DNA of 64,000 bases, from the NCBI GenBank assembly GCA_963833375.1, contig CAWHXR010000001.1:408429-472428 (forward strand). The letters run 5' to 3'. The translations under genes were made by a program, and so were the position numbers. How positions within the stretch are numbered: position 1 is the first letter of the stretch; each line of letters opens with the position of its first letter. The DNA is from an uncultured Solirubrobacterales bacterium (GTDB lineage: Bacteria > Actinomycetota > Thermoleophilia > Solirubrobacterales > 70-9). Below the pieces are notes generated by a model. That model searched no databases. It was not told the DNA's origin and was given only the letters and a program-made list of their open reading frames with translations. Shown here piece after piece: positions 1-9,149 of the stretch.

Positions 1-1
1 G

Positions 2-103
2 AAGGGAAAGGTGCGGACCGAGCCGTTCGCCCGGATCGACGCCGCGGCGCGGCGCGAGCTTCGCGAGGAAGCGGACCGCCTCGCCGAGCTGCACATGAAC
101 TAG
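2..103 (+). CDS. 3' end of an unidentified CDS (partial, enters from window edge)
   Basis: Open frame from position 2 reading ...RIDAAARRELREEADRLAELHMN, with TAG at 101-103. Mostly G/C third positions. Too short to show a domain. Confidence 0.35.
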   Translation, partial: KGKVRTEPFARIDAAARRELREEADRLAELHMN

Positions 104-222
104 GTTCCGGTCCTGATGCGCCGGCCCCGTGCCCCAGGACGAGCGCGGCCCTGGGCCGATCGGCCCGGGTGCAGGTGCCCCCGCCCGAGACCGGACGGTG
201 TGTCGATCTGCACGGTCGGCAA

Positions 223-295
223 TGGAGCTAGCCGGACTCGAACCGGCGACCTCCTGGGTGCGATCCAGGCGCTCTCCCAACTGAGCTATAGCCCC
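223..295 (-). tRNA. tRNA-Ala (anticodon CGC)
   Basis: The reverse complement folds as a 73-nt cloverleaf. Acceptor GGGGCTA/TAGCTCC carries the G3:U70 Ala identity pair. D arm GCTC..GAGC, anticodon stem CCTGG/CCAGG with loop ATCGCAC, T loop TTCGAGT. CCA is not encoded. Confidence 0.9.
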
Positions 296-369
296 GCGTG
301 GGTGGGAAATATGTTGGCTCGCAGGCGACTGACCAAGCGCGCCGAGGGCCAAGGATACGCTGTCCCGCG

Positions 370-1665
370 GTGAGCTTCGGACGACGCCTGGCGCTGTTCT
401 TCCTGCTGATTGCGATCGTGCCCACGGTGGCGCTGATCGCGATTCTGCTGTTCGTCAGCGAGGACTCTCAGCGGGGAAAGGCCGATGCACGGCTCGCCGC
501 CGGGATCCAGACGGCGGTCGCCGTCTACGGCAGGCGAACCGAGGACGCGACCACCGACGCGCGACGGCTCGCCCGCGACCCGGGTCTGGCCGCGGCGATC
601 AGGGCGCATGACGTCTCCGGGCTGCGCGCCTTCGCCCGGCGGGCGGCGCGGGAGCCGGGGGTGGTCCGGGTCGAGGTCCTCGATGACGCCGGGCACCAGA
701 CCGCGCGCTCCGGACCCAGCGCGTCGGTCGCGTACGCCAGCGTCGGGCTGACCGAGAAAGGCCGGGCGGTCGGCGCCCTTCGCGTTTCGACCACGACCGC
801 CGGTCAATACGTCGCGGAGGTTCGTAGCCTCACCGATCGCGAGCTGGTGGTGAGCCGAGGGACGGCGACCCTGGCGTCCACGGTGCCGCCGCCGGAGCGG
901 ACGCTCCGCCCGGACGAGACTGCCGACCTGAGGACCGGTGGAGCCGATTACCGGGGTCACCTCACCGTGCTCAACCCGAGCGACAACGAGACGGTGTTGC
1001 TCCTCGGTCCGCCGAAGTCCGGCGGTGTGCTGGGGATTGGCGCGCCCGGTCTCGCGATCCTGATCTTGTTCCTGGTCGCCGCGGTCGCGTTGGCCTGGGC
1101 CCTGGCGCGGACGCTGACCCGACTGCATCAGCGGGTGGCCGAGCAGGCTGTGACGGATCCGCTGACGGGGTTGTGGAATCGCCGGTACATGGCGCAGACG
1201 CTCGACCGCGAGGTGTCCCGGGCGATCCGCTTCGATCACCCGATCTCACTGATCATCCTCGACGTCGACGACTTCAAGGAGATCAACGACCGCCAGGGGC
1301 ACATGCAGGGGGACGTCGTCCTCGAGAAGGTTTCGGACGTCGTCCGGGAGGCCACGCGCTCCATCGACGTCGCCGCGCGCTACGGCGGAGACGAGCTCGC
1401 GCTGATCCTGGTCGAGACGGGCCGCGAGGGAGCCATCTTCCTGGCGGAGCGGCTGGGCGAGCGGATGCGGGACACCGAGGTGCCGCTCCGGGACGGCGGA
1501 TCGATGGCCGTCACGATCAGCGTGGGCGTGGCGACGATCCCGGATTCCGCGGAGGACCTCGCATCCCTCGTGGACGCCGCCGATCGCGCGCTGCTGCGGG
1601 CCAAGAGGGAGGGAAAGAACCAGATCGGCGCCGCGCCGGTGACGCGTCCGGCGGCGAAGGACTGA
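370..1665 (+). CDS. membrane-anchored sensor diguanylate cyclase (GGDEF domain, GGDEL variant)
   Basis: ORF 298-1665 with hydrophobic N-terminal and central segments. C-terminal GGDEF domain: LDVDDFKEINDRQGH, an RSID I-site 5 aa before RYGGDELAL. In-frame GTG at 370 is preferred because the ATG at 298 lies 3 nt from the tRNA. Start is uncertain. Confidence 0.8.
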   Translation: MSFGRRLALFFLLIAIVPTVALIAILLFVSEDSQRGKADARLAAGIQTAVAVYGRRTEDATTDARRLARDPGLAAAIRAHDVSGLRAFARRAAREPGVVRVEVLDDAGHQTARSGPSASVAYASVGLTEKGRAVGALRVSTTTAGQYVAEVRSLTDRELVVSRGTATLASTVPPPERTLRPDETADLRTGGADYRGHLTVLNPSDNETVLLLGPPKSGGVLGIGAPGLAILILFLVAAVALAWALARTLTRLHQRVAEQAVTDPLTGLWNRRYMAQTLDREVSRAIRFDHPISLIILDVDDFKEINDRQGHMQGDVVLEKVSDVVREATRSIDVAARYGGDELALILVETGREGAIFLAERLGERMRDTEVPLRDGGSMAVTISVGVATIPDSAEDLASLVDAADRALLRAKREGKNQIGAAPVTRPAAKD

Positions 1666-1780
1666 GGGCGAATGGCCGGAAATTGGTCGGTCGAGTGCAG
1701 GGTCCAGGCGACCATCGAGCTATCACATGTGCGCCTCAGCACCTAAGCTTTGATCCCTCGAGGGGGTCAGACCGCGCATC

Positions 1781-3031
1781 ATGGGCATACTCGACGACGC
1801 GATTCGCGAACACCTCGATCTGAAGCGCAAGCACGGCGCCCGCGACGCCGAGTTGCGCGAGATCGAGGACGAAGCCTTCGGTTCGACCGATCAGCCGGAC
1901 CCCTTCGCGGCCAACGAGCTCTTCAACGAGGTCTCCTCCGGCACGGACGCCGAGGCACCGCCCGCGGGGGCGCCGCCGCAGGAGATCGGCGGCCTCGGCG
2001 AGCCCGACGAGGGCGGCGAGGAGCCGACCCTGTTGGTCGAGCCCGAGGCGCTCCGCCCGCCCGAGCCGGCGCAGGAGGAGTCAGAGTCCGCCTCGCCGGC
2101 TGAGCCGGTCAGCCCACCGGAGGGCCTGGGTCAAATCCCGGGTCAGGTGGAGCTGCCGGGACAGGACGAGATTCCCGGTCAGGAGCGCCTGGAGGAGCCG
2201 GTCGAGGGCTATCAGCCCGCGCCGGAGCCCGAGCCTGCCCTCGAGACGCCCGTGGAGGAGGCCGGCGAACCCGAGCCGCCTGCGTCGTCCGAGTCGCTCG
2301 AGGAGCTGATCGCCGAGGAGGAGCCGTTCCCGGAGGACATCGCGGCCCCACCCGTGCCCGAGCAGGCGCCGCCGCCGGGGACCGAGGAGAGGGAGCCCGC
2401 CCCGCCTGAGCCAGAGGCCGAGGAGGTAGGAGAGGAGGAGCCGGAACCGCGGCCCGAGCCGGAGAGCCGCGTGCCCGAGCCACCCCCGCCGCCTCCCGAC
2501 ACCGCGGCGGAACCGCCGGGAAGGGCCCGCGGCAGGGTCGACGTCCCCACCCAGGAGCATCCGCCCCCCGGGCAGACCGGCGGCCTGCCGCCCGTTCCAG
2601 CGGGTGAGCCCGAGTCCTTCGAGCCGGCGAGCGAGCCGCTGCCCGTCGAAGAGGCTCTCCCGGCTGATGAGCCACTCGCCGAGGATCAGCCCGCCGACGG
2701 CTCACCCGGCCCGGCGCTCTACGACTTCGAGACGGACGAGGACGATCTGGCCGCGCCGAGCGACACGGCCGACGACGAGTTCGAGGCTCTCGGACCCGCG
2801 GAGGAGGAGGCGCCCTACCTCGAGGAGGAGGAGCCGCACACCGAGGAGCCCGCGTCCGGCAGCGATCAGCCCTTCGACGAGCCCAGCACGGCTGTCAGGC
2901 CCGCGCTCGAGGACGAGGAGCCGTACGAGGGCGGGACGCTCGATCCCGAGGAGTCATACGAGGAGGAAGAGGGAGAGGAGGGCCTCTGGTTCGAGAAGGG
3001 CCCGCCTCAGGACTTCGACTTCGACGAGTAG
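1781..3031 (+). CDS. highly acidic Pro/Glu/Ala-rich, probably disordered protein with short ordered termini
   Basis: 416-aa ORF. N-terminus MGILDDAIREHLDLKRKHGARDAELREIEDEAFG and C-terminus GLWFEKGPPQDFDFDE flank about 350 aa of E/P/A/D low-complexity sequence. No recognisable domain. Confidence 0.6.
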   Translation: MGILDDAIREHLDLKRKHGARDAELREIEDEAFGSTDQPDPFAANELFNEVSSGTDAEAPPAGAPPQEIGGLGEPDEGGEEPTLLVEPEALRPPEPAQEESESASPAEPVSPPEGLGQIPGQVELPGQDEIPGQERLEEPVEGYQPAPEPEPALETPVEEAGEPEPPASSESLEELIAEEEPFPEDIAAPPVPEQAPPPGTEEREPAPPEPEAEEVGEEEPEPRPEPESRVPEPPPPPPDTAAEPPGRARGRVDVPTQEHPPPGQTGGLPPVPAGEPESFEPASEPLPVEEALPADEPLAEDQPADGSPGPALYDFETDEDDLAAPSDTADDEFEALGPAEEEAPYLEEEEPHTEEPASGSDQPFDEPSTAVRPALEDEEPYEGGTLDPEESYEEEEGEEGLWFEKGPPQDFDFDE

Positions 3032-3056
3032 CCCCGCGCTGCTCGCCTTCGCGCTC

Positions 3057-4421
3057 CTAGACGTAGCCCCGCGTGCGGCTGGCCTCGACCACCCGCTCGA
3101 TCCCCACCAGATAAGCGGCCTCGCGGAGCGAGATGCGCTCCTCCTTCGAGCGAGCCGAGACGTCGCGGTACGCCCGGCGCATGATCCCGCCGAGCTTGTC
3201 GTTGACCTCGCGCTCGGACCAGCGGAAGTGCTGGAGGTTCTGCACCCACTCGAAGTAGGAGCAGACGACCCCACCCGCGTTCGCCATCACGTCGGGGATC
3301 ATGTGGACCCCCTTGTCATGCAGGATCTGGTCGGCGGCGGGCGTGGTGGGGCTGTTGGCGCCCTCGATGATCAGCTTGGTGTTGATCCGATCGGCGTTGC
3401 CCTCGTGGATCATGCCGCCGAGCGCCGCGGGGATCAGGACGTCGCATTCGATCGCGAGCAGGTCGTCTGGGCTGATCACCTCGGCGCCGGGAAACTCGGT
3501 GAGCTTGCCTCCCTCGCGTATGTGGGCCGCCAGGTCGTCGGCGTCGATGCCCTCGTCGCTGCGGATCGCGCCGGTGGCGTCGGACGTGCCGACCATCTTG
3601 GCGCCGAGCTGCTGGAGGATGCGGGCGGCCCAGGAGCCGACGTTGCCGTATCCCTGGACCACGAAGGTGCTTTCCGCGGGGGTGAGGCCGATCTGCGGGG
3701 CCGCCTCCCGGAACATGTAGATGCAGCCGCGGCCGGTGGCCTGCTCTCGACCGTATGAGCCCTCCAGCGCGATCGGCTTGCCGGTGCAGATCGCGGGCGT
3801 GTGGCCGTGGAGCTTGCCGTACTCGTCCATCATCCAGGCCATCACCTGGGCGTCCGTGTTGACGTCGGGGGCCGGGATGTCGCGGGTCGGGCCGAGGATC
3901 TTCTGGATCTTGTCCATGAACGAGCGCGTGATGGTCTGCAGCTCGGAGCGGTCCAGCTTCTCCGCCGGGCAGTTGACGCCGCCCTTGGCCCCGCCGAAGG
4001 GGATGTTCGCCACAGCGGTCTTCCAGGTCATCAGCGAGGCGAGGGCGCGCACCTCGTCGACGTCGACCTCGGGGTGGTACCGGATGCCCCCCTTGTAGGG
4101 GCCGCGGGCGCCGTTGTGCTGGATCCGATAGCCGGAGAAGGTGTGGACCTTCCCGTCCGAGAGCTTGACCGGGATCTGGACGGTGACCTCGCGGTACGGG
4201 GTCCAGAAGACCGTGCGGATGTCGTCGGGGAGCTCGAGGCGCTCCACCGCCCGGTCGAAGTAGAAGCGGACGATGTCGAGGTTGGAGACCTCGGCGCGCT
4301 GTGCGGGCTTGGACTCGCCGGCCGCTGCAACGCGCTCCCTTTCCTGGTCGACAGCGGTAGGCGATTTGTCCGTCGCCTTCCGTTCCCCGACTGATTCCGG
4401 TTGCTTGGCCCTCGTCGCCAC
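3057..4421 (-). CDS. gdh: NAD(P)-specific glutamate dehydrogenase (Glu/Leu/Phe/Val dehydrogenase family)
   Basis: Motifs GGIRYHP and the catalytic-Lys region TWKTAVANIPFGGAKGGV, plus Rossmann segment VVQGYGNVGS. The ORF extends to 4493, but GTG at 4421 is preceded by GGAGGG. Confidence 0.9.
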   Translation of the reverse strand: MATRAKQPESVGERKATDKSPTAVDQERERVAAAGESKPAQRAEVSNLDIVRFYFDRAVERLELPDDIRTVFWTPYREVTVQIPVKLSDGKVHTFSGYRIQHNGARGPYKGGIRYHPEVDVDEVRALASLMTWKTAVANIPFGGAKGGVNCPAEKLDRSELQTITRSFMDKIQKILGPTRDIPAPDVNTDAQVMAWMMDEYGKLHGHTPAICTGKPIALEGSYGREQATGRGCIYMFREAAPQIGLTPAESTFVVQGYGNVGSWAARILQQLGAKMVGTSDATGAIRSDEGIDADDLAAHIREGGKLTEFPGAEVISPDDLLAIECDVLIPAALGGMIHEGNADRINTKLIIEGANSPTTPAADQILHDKGVHMIPDVMANAGGVVCSYFEWVQNLQHFRWSEREVNDKLGGIMRRAYRDVSARSKEERISLREAAYLVGIERVVEASRTRGYV

Positions 4422-4514
4422 AAGCCCTCCTGGGGCGGATTGCGCCAGCGCCAGTCTCTCACACGATGCTTCACGGGGGTGGCGGTCGCGCACCTACAAT
4501 CGGTGCACCCCCTT

Positions 4515-4587
4515 GGGGCCATAGCTCAGTTGGGAGAGCGCTTCGCTTGCACCGAAGAGGTCGCCGGTTCGAATCCGGCTGGCTCCA
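4515..4587 (+). tRNA. tRNA-Ala (anticodon UGC)
   Basis: GGGGCCA TA GCTC AGTTGGGA GAGC G CTTCG CTTGCAC CGAAG AGGTC GCCGG TTCGAAT CCGGC TGGCTCC A. G3:U70 is present and the cloverleaf is canonical at 73 nt. Confidence 0.92.
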
Positions 4588-4675
4588 CTTGCGGCCCCGA
4601 AGGGCTCGCCGAACCCGATCCGCGTGTAGCCGGCGACACTTGGCGGCTGCAGGATCGCCGCTGCGGGCCGAGGAG

Positions 4676-5293
4676 CTAGCGGTCGGTCTTGCCGTGTGGG
4701 CCCGCGGCGGGAGGGCCGGTCTCCCCGCCGCCTCCGCTGGTGTCCCTGATCACCTTCCGCTCGATCCTCTCCAGCTCGACGTCGAGCTCGCGGTCGGCCA
4801 GCATGCCCCGGAGCGCCCCGGTGATCGTCCTGGCCCACATCCGGCGGGCGACGGCGACCTCGGTGTGGCCGTCGGCATCCGACTCGTACTCGGTCCACTC
4901 CACGCAGACGTTCCGCTCGCCGACCGAGGGGGCGTCATCGGGGAGCGGAGCGCCGTTCCCGTAGAGGAGGATGCGCGCGCTCCATCCGTTCGGGCAGAGC
5001 TCCTGCATACGCTCGCGGGCCTGCCACTCTCGAACGACCATCGCGTCGCGACGCCGCTTGAACCTGCTGAGCAGCAGCACCGTCGCCGTCAGCAGAGCGC
5101 ACGCGAGCACCGCCGCACCGACGATCTCGATCGAGACACCCAAGCCTCCACCCGACTTCTGCACCGTGTTCTGCAGACCGAGGATGTGAAGCGCCGGAGT
5201 CATCGTCGTCCAGAGGACATCTTCCACGGTTCGCCCAGAAACTCCAAGGGGTTTGTTGCGTGTGCAATTCATATACCCGACGCCGTTCCGCAA
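4676..5293 (-). CDS. hypothetical single-pass membrane protein
   Basis: ORF track. One hydrophobic helix (GVSIEIVGAAVLACALLTATVLLL) followed by a soluble domain of about 130 aa with no known motif. Candidate starts are TTG 5293, ATG 5272 and ATG 5203. Confidence 0.5.
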   Translation of the reverse strand: MRNGVGYMNCTRNKPLGVSGRTVEDVLWTTMTPALHILGLQNTVQKSGGGLGVSIEIVGAAVLACALLTATVLLLSRFKRRRDAMVVREWQARERMQELCPNGWSARILLYGNGAPLPDDAPSVGERNVCVEWTEYESDADGHTEVAVARRMWARTITGALRGMLADRELDVELERIERKVIRDTSGGGGETGPPAAGPHGKTDR

Positions 5294-5308
5294 GGCCGAC
5301 GACCGCCA

Positions 5309-6181
5309 TCAGTAGAACGCGCAGGTGCTGGCGAGCACCAGGAGCAGCGCCACCGGGCAGGCGATCAGGCTGATCAGTGCGGCGACCCAGCGCCGCATGA
5401 CCAGCGCCCCGACCCCGGCGGCCATCCCGCCGATCGCGGCGACCGCCGTCACCGAGTCGATTGGGTCCGTCCACGACGGCGGGCTGCCATCACCGCCGCA
5501 ACCGGGCTGCGCCGTCACGAAGATCAGCCCGAGCACCCCGGTGATGGCCGTGAGCCCGAGGGCGACGATCGAGAGCCACCTGGCCAGCTCCTCCATCCGG
5601 GATCGCCTGGCCTGACCCGCGGTGCCGATGTGGATCGCCAGCTTGCCGAGGTGAATGACCCTCTCCCTGATCCCATCGGCCTGGCTCTGCTCCGCCCACC
5701 CCTCGGAGCGCCCGATCAGCGTCCCGGTCGCGGCGGCGGCCAGCAGGGCCACCGGCAGAACCAGAAGGGGCCCGGGCGGCGGCGTGACAGCGTTGCCGTC
5801 AGTGCTCAGCAGCACGACGATCACCCCGATCCCGAGCCAGACGCCGATCACGCCGAGATTGGTGAAGATCCGCGGCCACTCCGTGCGTCGGCTGGCCCGC
5901 AGGCCGTACGCGGTGGCGGCGGCCGCGATCGCCAGAACCGCGAAGGCATACAACCAGGCCCGTGAGTCGTACTGGCGCTGCAGCGGATCGGCCGCCCGGT
6001 CCCTCGCCACCTCCGCGCTGAGCTGTGCGTTGAAGCAGCTGGCCTCGTTCCGCTGGCAGGTGGGCGACGACTCGGGCAGCCGCGACTCGGTATGCGCCAG
6101 GTCGACGCCGGCGACCATCAGGATGAGGGCGCACAGCGCCAGGCACGCGAGCGTCGGCCTGCTTGGCGTCAGCTCACGCAT
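5309..6181 (-). CDS. hypothetical multi-pass membrane protein
   Basis: 290-aa ORF with about 6 hydrophobic helices and Cys-containing extracytoplasmic loops. Same strand as the next ORF, 15 nt upstream of it. Confidence 0.55.
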   Translation of the reverse strand: MRELTPSRPTLACLALCALILMVAGVDLAHTESRLPESSPTCQRNEASCFNAQLSAEVARDRAADPLQRQYDSRAWLYAFAVLAIAAAATAYGLRASRRTEWPRIFTNLGVIGVWLGIGVIVVLLSTDGNAVTPPPGPLLVLPVALLAAAATGTLIGRSEGWAEQSQADGIRERVIHLGKLAIHIGTAGQARRSRMEELARWLSIVALGLTAITGVLGLIFVTAQPGCGGDGSPPSWTDPIDSVTAVAAIGGMAAGVGALVMRRWVAALISLIACPVALLLVLASTCAFY

Positions 6182-6190
6182 CGGCCCCGC

Positions 6191-7279
6191 TCAATCCGTC
6201 GGGGGCTTCGGCTTTGGGCGGGGCGGCGGGGGAGCGACGATCCCCATCTCGTCGAAGCCGGCCCGCAACAGGGCGGGCACCTGCAGCAGCGGATTGGGAG
6301 AGTGGAGCAGCACCACCCCGAGCTCATGGCCGCCGGCCCGGGCGGTGGTGACGTAGCAGCGCCCCGCCGCGTCGGTGAATCCGGTCTTCAGCCCGGTGAC
6401 CTGCGCTTGCGGCAGGCCGGGGAGCCCCTGCTGCAGGAAGTAGTGGTTGTTGTAGAGGTAGAGGTGCTTGCCCTTGATCGGGAAGCGCGGCTTCGCGTCC
6501 CGTGTCTGCGCGATCTCGGCGATCCGCGGATTTGCCAGGTCCGCCCGCGCCAGCTCCGCCAGGTCGAGCGGGCAGGAGTAGTTGTTGCGATCCCGCAGAC
6601 CGTTCGGCGTGGAGAAGTGCGTGCACCTCAGCCCCATCGAGCGGGCCTGGAGGTTCATCTGCTTGACGAATCGGGTCACCGTGCCGCTGTCGTGCTCGGC
6701 GAGCGCGACCGCCGCGTCGTTGGCCGAGATCATGATCAGCGCTTGCAGCAGGGGCTCCAGCGGCACCCGCTTGCCGCGCGGGAGCAGCCCGGTGGCCGAG
6801 CCGGGGGTGTGGGCGGCCTTGTTGCTCACCATCACGTGCTCGGAGGGCCGATTCCGCCTGGCCACCAGCAGTGCGGTCATCATCTTGGTCAGGCTCGCGA
6901 TCGGGTGCTCGAGGGAGGGATGCCTCTCCCAGAGGATCTGCCCGCTCTTCACGTCGAAGAGGATCCCGGCGATCGGCGGATGCTTGAACCGGTATCGGAC
7001 CGGCAGTGGCTGATCGACGGGACGCAGCGCGAAGCGCGTGTCCGGCGGCAGCGGCGCCGTCCCGATGTCGGGAGACGCGATGCCCCCGCCGACCCCGGCT
7101 CCCGCGTCCAGTCTGCCCGAATCCTCGCCGGCGGACCCCGCCCCCGCGAGCAACCTGCTTGTGCGCGTGTTGGTGGTCCCGGCCTCGCCGGCTCGGTCCG
7201 GCCAGATCGCCACGGCGACGACGGCCGTGGCGCCGCAGGCGAGCATCAATCCCACGATGGCTGCGATCCGCTTAATCAT
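6191..7279 (-). CDS. D-alanyl-D-alanine carboxypeptidase (peptidase S11, low-MW PBP)
   Basis: N-terminal anchor, then SLTK (SxxK), SAND (SxN) and KTGFT (KTG) motifs in the canonical order. Confidence 0.85.
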   Translation of the reverse strand: MIKRIAAIVGLMLACGATAVVAVAIWPDRAGEAGTTNTRTSRLLAGAGSAGEDSGRLDAGAGVGGGIASPDIGTAPLPPDTRFALRPVDQPLPVRYRFKHPPIAGILFDVKSGQILWERHPSLEHPIASLTKMMTALLVARRNRPSEHVMVSNKAAHTPGSATGLLPRGKRVPLEPLLQALIMISANDAAVALAEHDSGTVTRFVKQMNLQARSMGLRCTHFSTPNGLRDRNNYSCPLDLAELARADLANPRIAEIAQTRDAKPRFPIKGKHLYLYNNHYFLQQGLPGLPQAQVTGLKTGFTDAAGRCYVTTARAGGHELGVVLLHSPNPLLQVPALLRAGFDEMGIVAPPPPRPKPKPPTD

Positions 7280-7487
7280 CCGGTGGGTTTCTCAGGGCGC
7301 CGATCAGGCCGGCGGCGATCATCACGATTATCAGCAGCGAGACACCGTAGAGGCCGATTGCGCCGATGTCCCCGAAGGTCCTCAGCCGCAGGCCCGTGTC
7401 GACGATCACGTAGATGGTCACGGCGGCGAAGAACCCGCAGAAGACCAGGCCGAGCATCAGCAGGGCGTTCCTGAGATCGGGGTCCAA
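7272..7487 (-). CDS. small two-helix membrane protein
   Basis: 71-aa ORF with two hydrophobic helices. Its stop overlaps the DD-carboxypeptidase start by 8 nt, suggesting translational coupling. Confidence 0.5.
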   Translation of the reverse strand: MDPDLRNALLMLGLVFCGFFAAVTIYVIVDTGLRLRTFGDIGAIGLYGVSLLIIVMIAAGLIGALRNPPDD

Positions 7488-7493
7488 TTTCGC

Positions 7494-8366
7494 TCAGTAG
7501 ACGGGTAAGCGTGGCTCGGGTGGTCGCCCTCGCATCGTGCGGAGCATGATCGCCGCGACGGCCAAACCGAAGACGAACCCGCCGACGTGGGCGAAATAGG
7601 CGACCCCCTGGTCGCCTCCCGAGCTGACCGCGACCTGGCCCAGGGCTGGGACGAATTGAAGGATGAACCAGACCGCGAGCAGGATCAACGCCGGTATCTC
7701 CACCAGCGTGACGAAGAAGATGATGAAGATCAGGGTGAGCACCCTCGCTCTCGGGAAGAGCAGGGCGTACGCCCCCAGCACTCCCGCGATCGCGCCGCTC
7801 GCCCCAATGGTCGGGGCCGTGGATCCGGCGGTGATCAGAGCCTGCGTGTAGACCGCGATCAACCCGGCCAGCAGGTAGAAGAGCAGGAACTTCACCCGGC
7901 CCAATCTGTCCTCGATGTTGTTGCCGAAGACCCAGAGGAACAGCATGTTCCCGGCTATGTGCAGGATCCCTCCGTGCATGAACATCGAGGTAAAGAGGGT
8001 CTCCCACCACGGCTTCTGATCGATCTGGAACGGCCCAAGATCCGAGTTCGGGTTGGCCTGGCTCCGCGCGACGGCGTCCGCGTAATCCTTCGTCCCGGGG
8101 CAGACCACCCCGGCCTCGAACTGCTGCACGCTCACCTGGCTGACCGCCCCGATGTCGCATTTGCCCGTGCTCGGATGGGTGATCCGGTAAGGGATCGCTC
8201 CGTACTCGAGCGAGCTCTGGTCGATCGACCCGAATCCGGCCTGCTCCAGCCGCTGGTTGGTCGGGAAGTTGAGCTGCCAGATGAAAACCGCGAGGTTGAT
8301 CACGATCAGCGCGACCGTGACGACCGGGAACCGCGCGGTCGGGTTGTTGTCCTTCAGCGGCAGCAC
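7494..8366 (-). CDS. rhomboid family intramembrane serine protease
   Basis: This is the C-terminal 290 aa of ORF 7494-9578. Motifs HGGILHIAGNMLFLWVFG, the catalytic GASGAIAGVLGA and HVGGFVFG. Start is set at GTG 8366, because the upstream part of the ORF is Arg/Ala/Gly/Pro-rich shadow sequence. Confidence 0.85.
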   Translation of the reverse strand: MLPLKDNNPTARFPVVTVALIVINLAVFIWQLNFPTNQRLEQAGFGSIDQSSLEYGAIPYRITHPSTGKCDIGAVSQVSVQQFEAGVVCPGTKDYADAVARSQANPNSDLGPFQIDQKPWWETLFTSMFMHGGILHIAGNMLFLWVFGNNIEDRLGRVKFLLFYLLAGLIAVYTQALITAGSTAPTIGASGAIAGVLGAYALLFPRARVLTLIFIIFFVTLVEIPALILLAVWFILQFVPALGQVAVSSGGDQGVAYFAHVGGFVFGLAVAAIMLRTMRGRPPEPRLPVY

Positions 8367-8435
8367 CTGGCGCGGGAAGCGTAGCCGCGGCCGCCGAGCG
8401 GCTCGCCGGTGAGGGGCGGCTGGGAGAATGGGTAC

Positions 8436-9149
8436 ATGCGTGAGATGGCGCAAAGACCGCGAACCGCCGATCCCTGGCGTGACACCGACGTGATCGACGA
8501 GCACGCCCCCCGCTTCAACCAGGCGGTGACGGGAATCGTCGCCCTGCTCGGCGCGATCTTCGGCTGGCCGCTCGCCTGGGCGCTGATGGCCGCACAGCTG
8601 CTGATCGGTCTGACGCTCGGGCGGCGCTTCTGCCTGCCCTGCGTCGCCTACTACGTGCTGGTGCAGCCCCGGCTCGGCGAGGGCCCGCTGGAGGACTCCA
8701 GGCCGCCCAGGCTCGCGAACAAGATGGGGACGGTCTTCCTCGGCTCGGCGGCGGTCACCTGGTGGCTCGGCGCCCCCACGGTCGGCGTCGTCCTGGGCCT
8801 GCTCGTCGCCGCTCTCGCGCTGCTTGCGGCGACCACCGGGTTCTGCGCGGGCTGCGAGATCTACAAGCTCTCCGCGCGGCTGCGCGGGATCTCGCCCCGC
8901 CACCACAGCCACATCGACACGGCGGACCTGGAGGGCATCGACGGTCGCCTCGCCTACGTCGAGTTCACCCACCCGCTCTGCTCCGAGTGCCACGACTGGG
9001 AGCGCCGCCTCGGCGATGCTGACGAGCCCCTGCTGAAGCTCGACGTGAGCGACCGCCCGGATCTGGCCCGCAAGTACGGCATCGCGGTCGTGCCCACGGT
9101 TCTCAAGGTGGCGCCCGACGGCGCCGTGCTCGAGCGGCTGGCGCCCTAG
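8436..9149 (+). CDS. DUF4395-type membrane domain fused to a C-terminal thioredoxin-like (CxxC) domain
   Basis: N-terminal part matches the DUF4395 pattern (PRFNQ..., LPC, ...FCAGCEIY). The C-terminal 85 aa has CSEC and a thioredoxin-fold-like IAVVPT segment. ATG 8436 is preceded by GGGAG at 8-nt spacing; the ORF opens at GTG 8409. Confidence 0.7.
   Translation: MREMAQRPRTADPWRDTDVIDEHAPRFNQAVTGIVALLGAIFGWPLAWALMAAQLLIGLTLGRRFCLPCVAYYVLVQPRLGEGPLEDSRPPRLANKMGTVFLGSAAVTWWLGAPTVGVVLGLLVAALALLAATTGFCAGCEIYKLSARLRGISPRHHSHIDTADLEGIDGRLAYVEFTHPLCSECHDWERRLGDADEPLLKLDVSDRPDLARKYGIAVVPTVLKVAPDGAVLERLAP

Noticed and set aside
1781-3031. Tandem DNA repeat array underlying the acidic protein
   Set aside because: The repetition is compositional (GAG/CCG/GCC-rich). 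I could find no fixed-period exact DNA repeat by eye.
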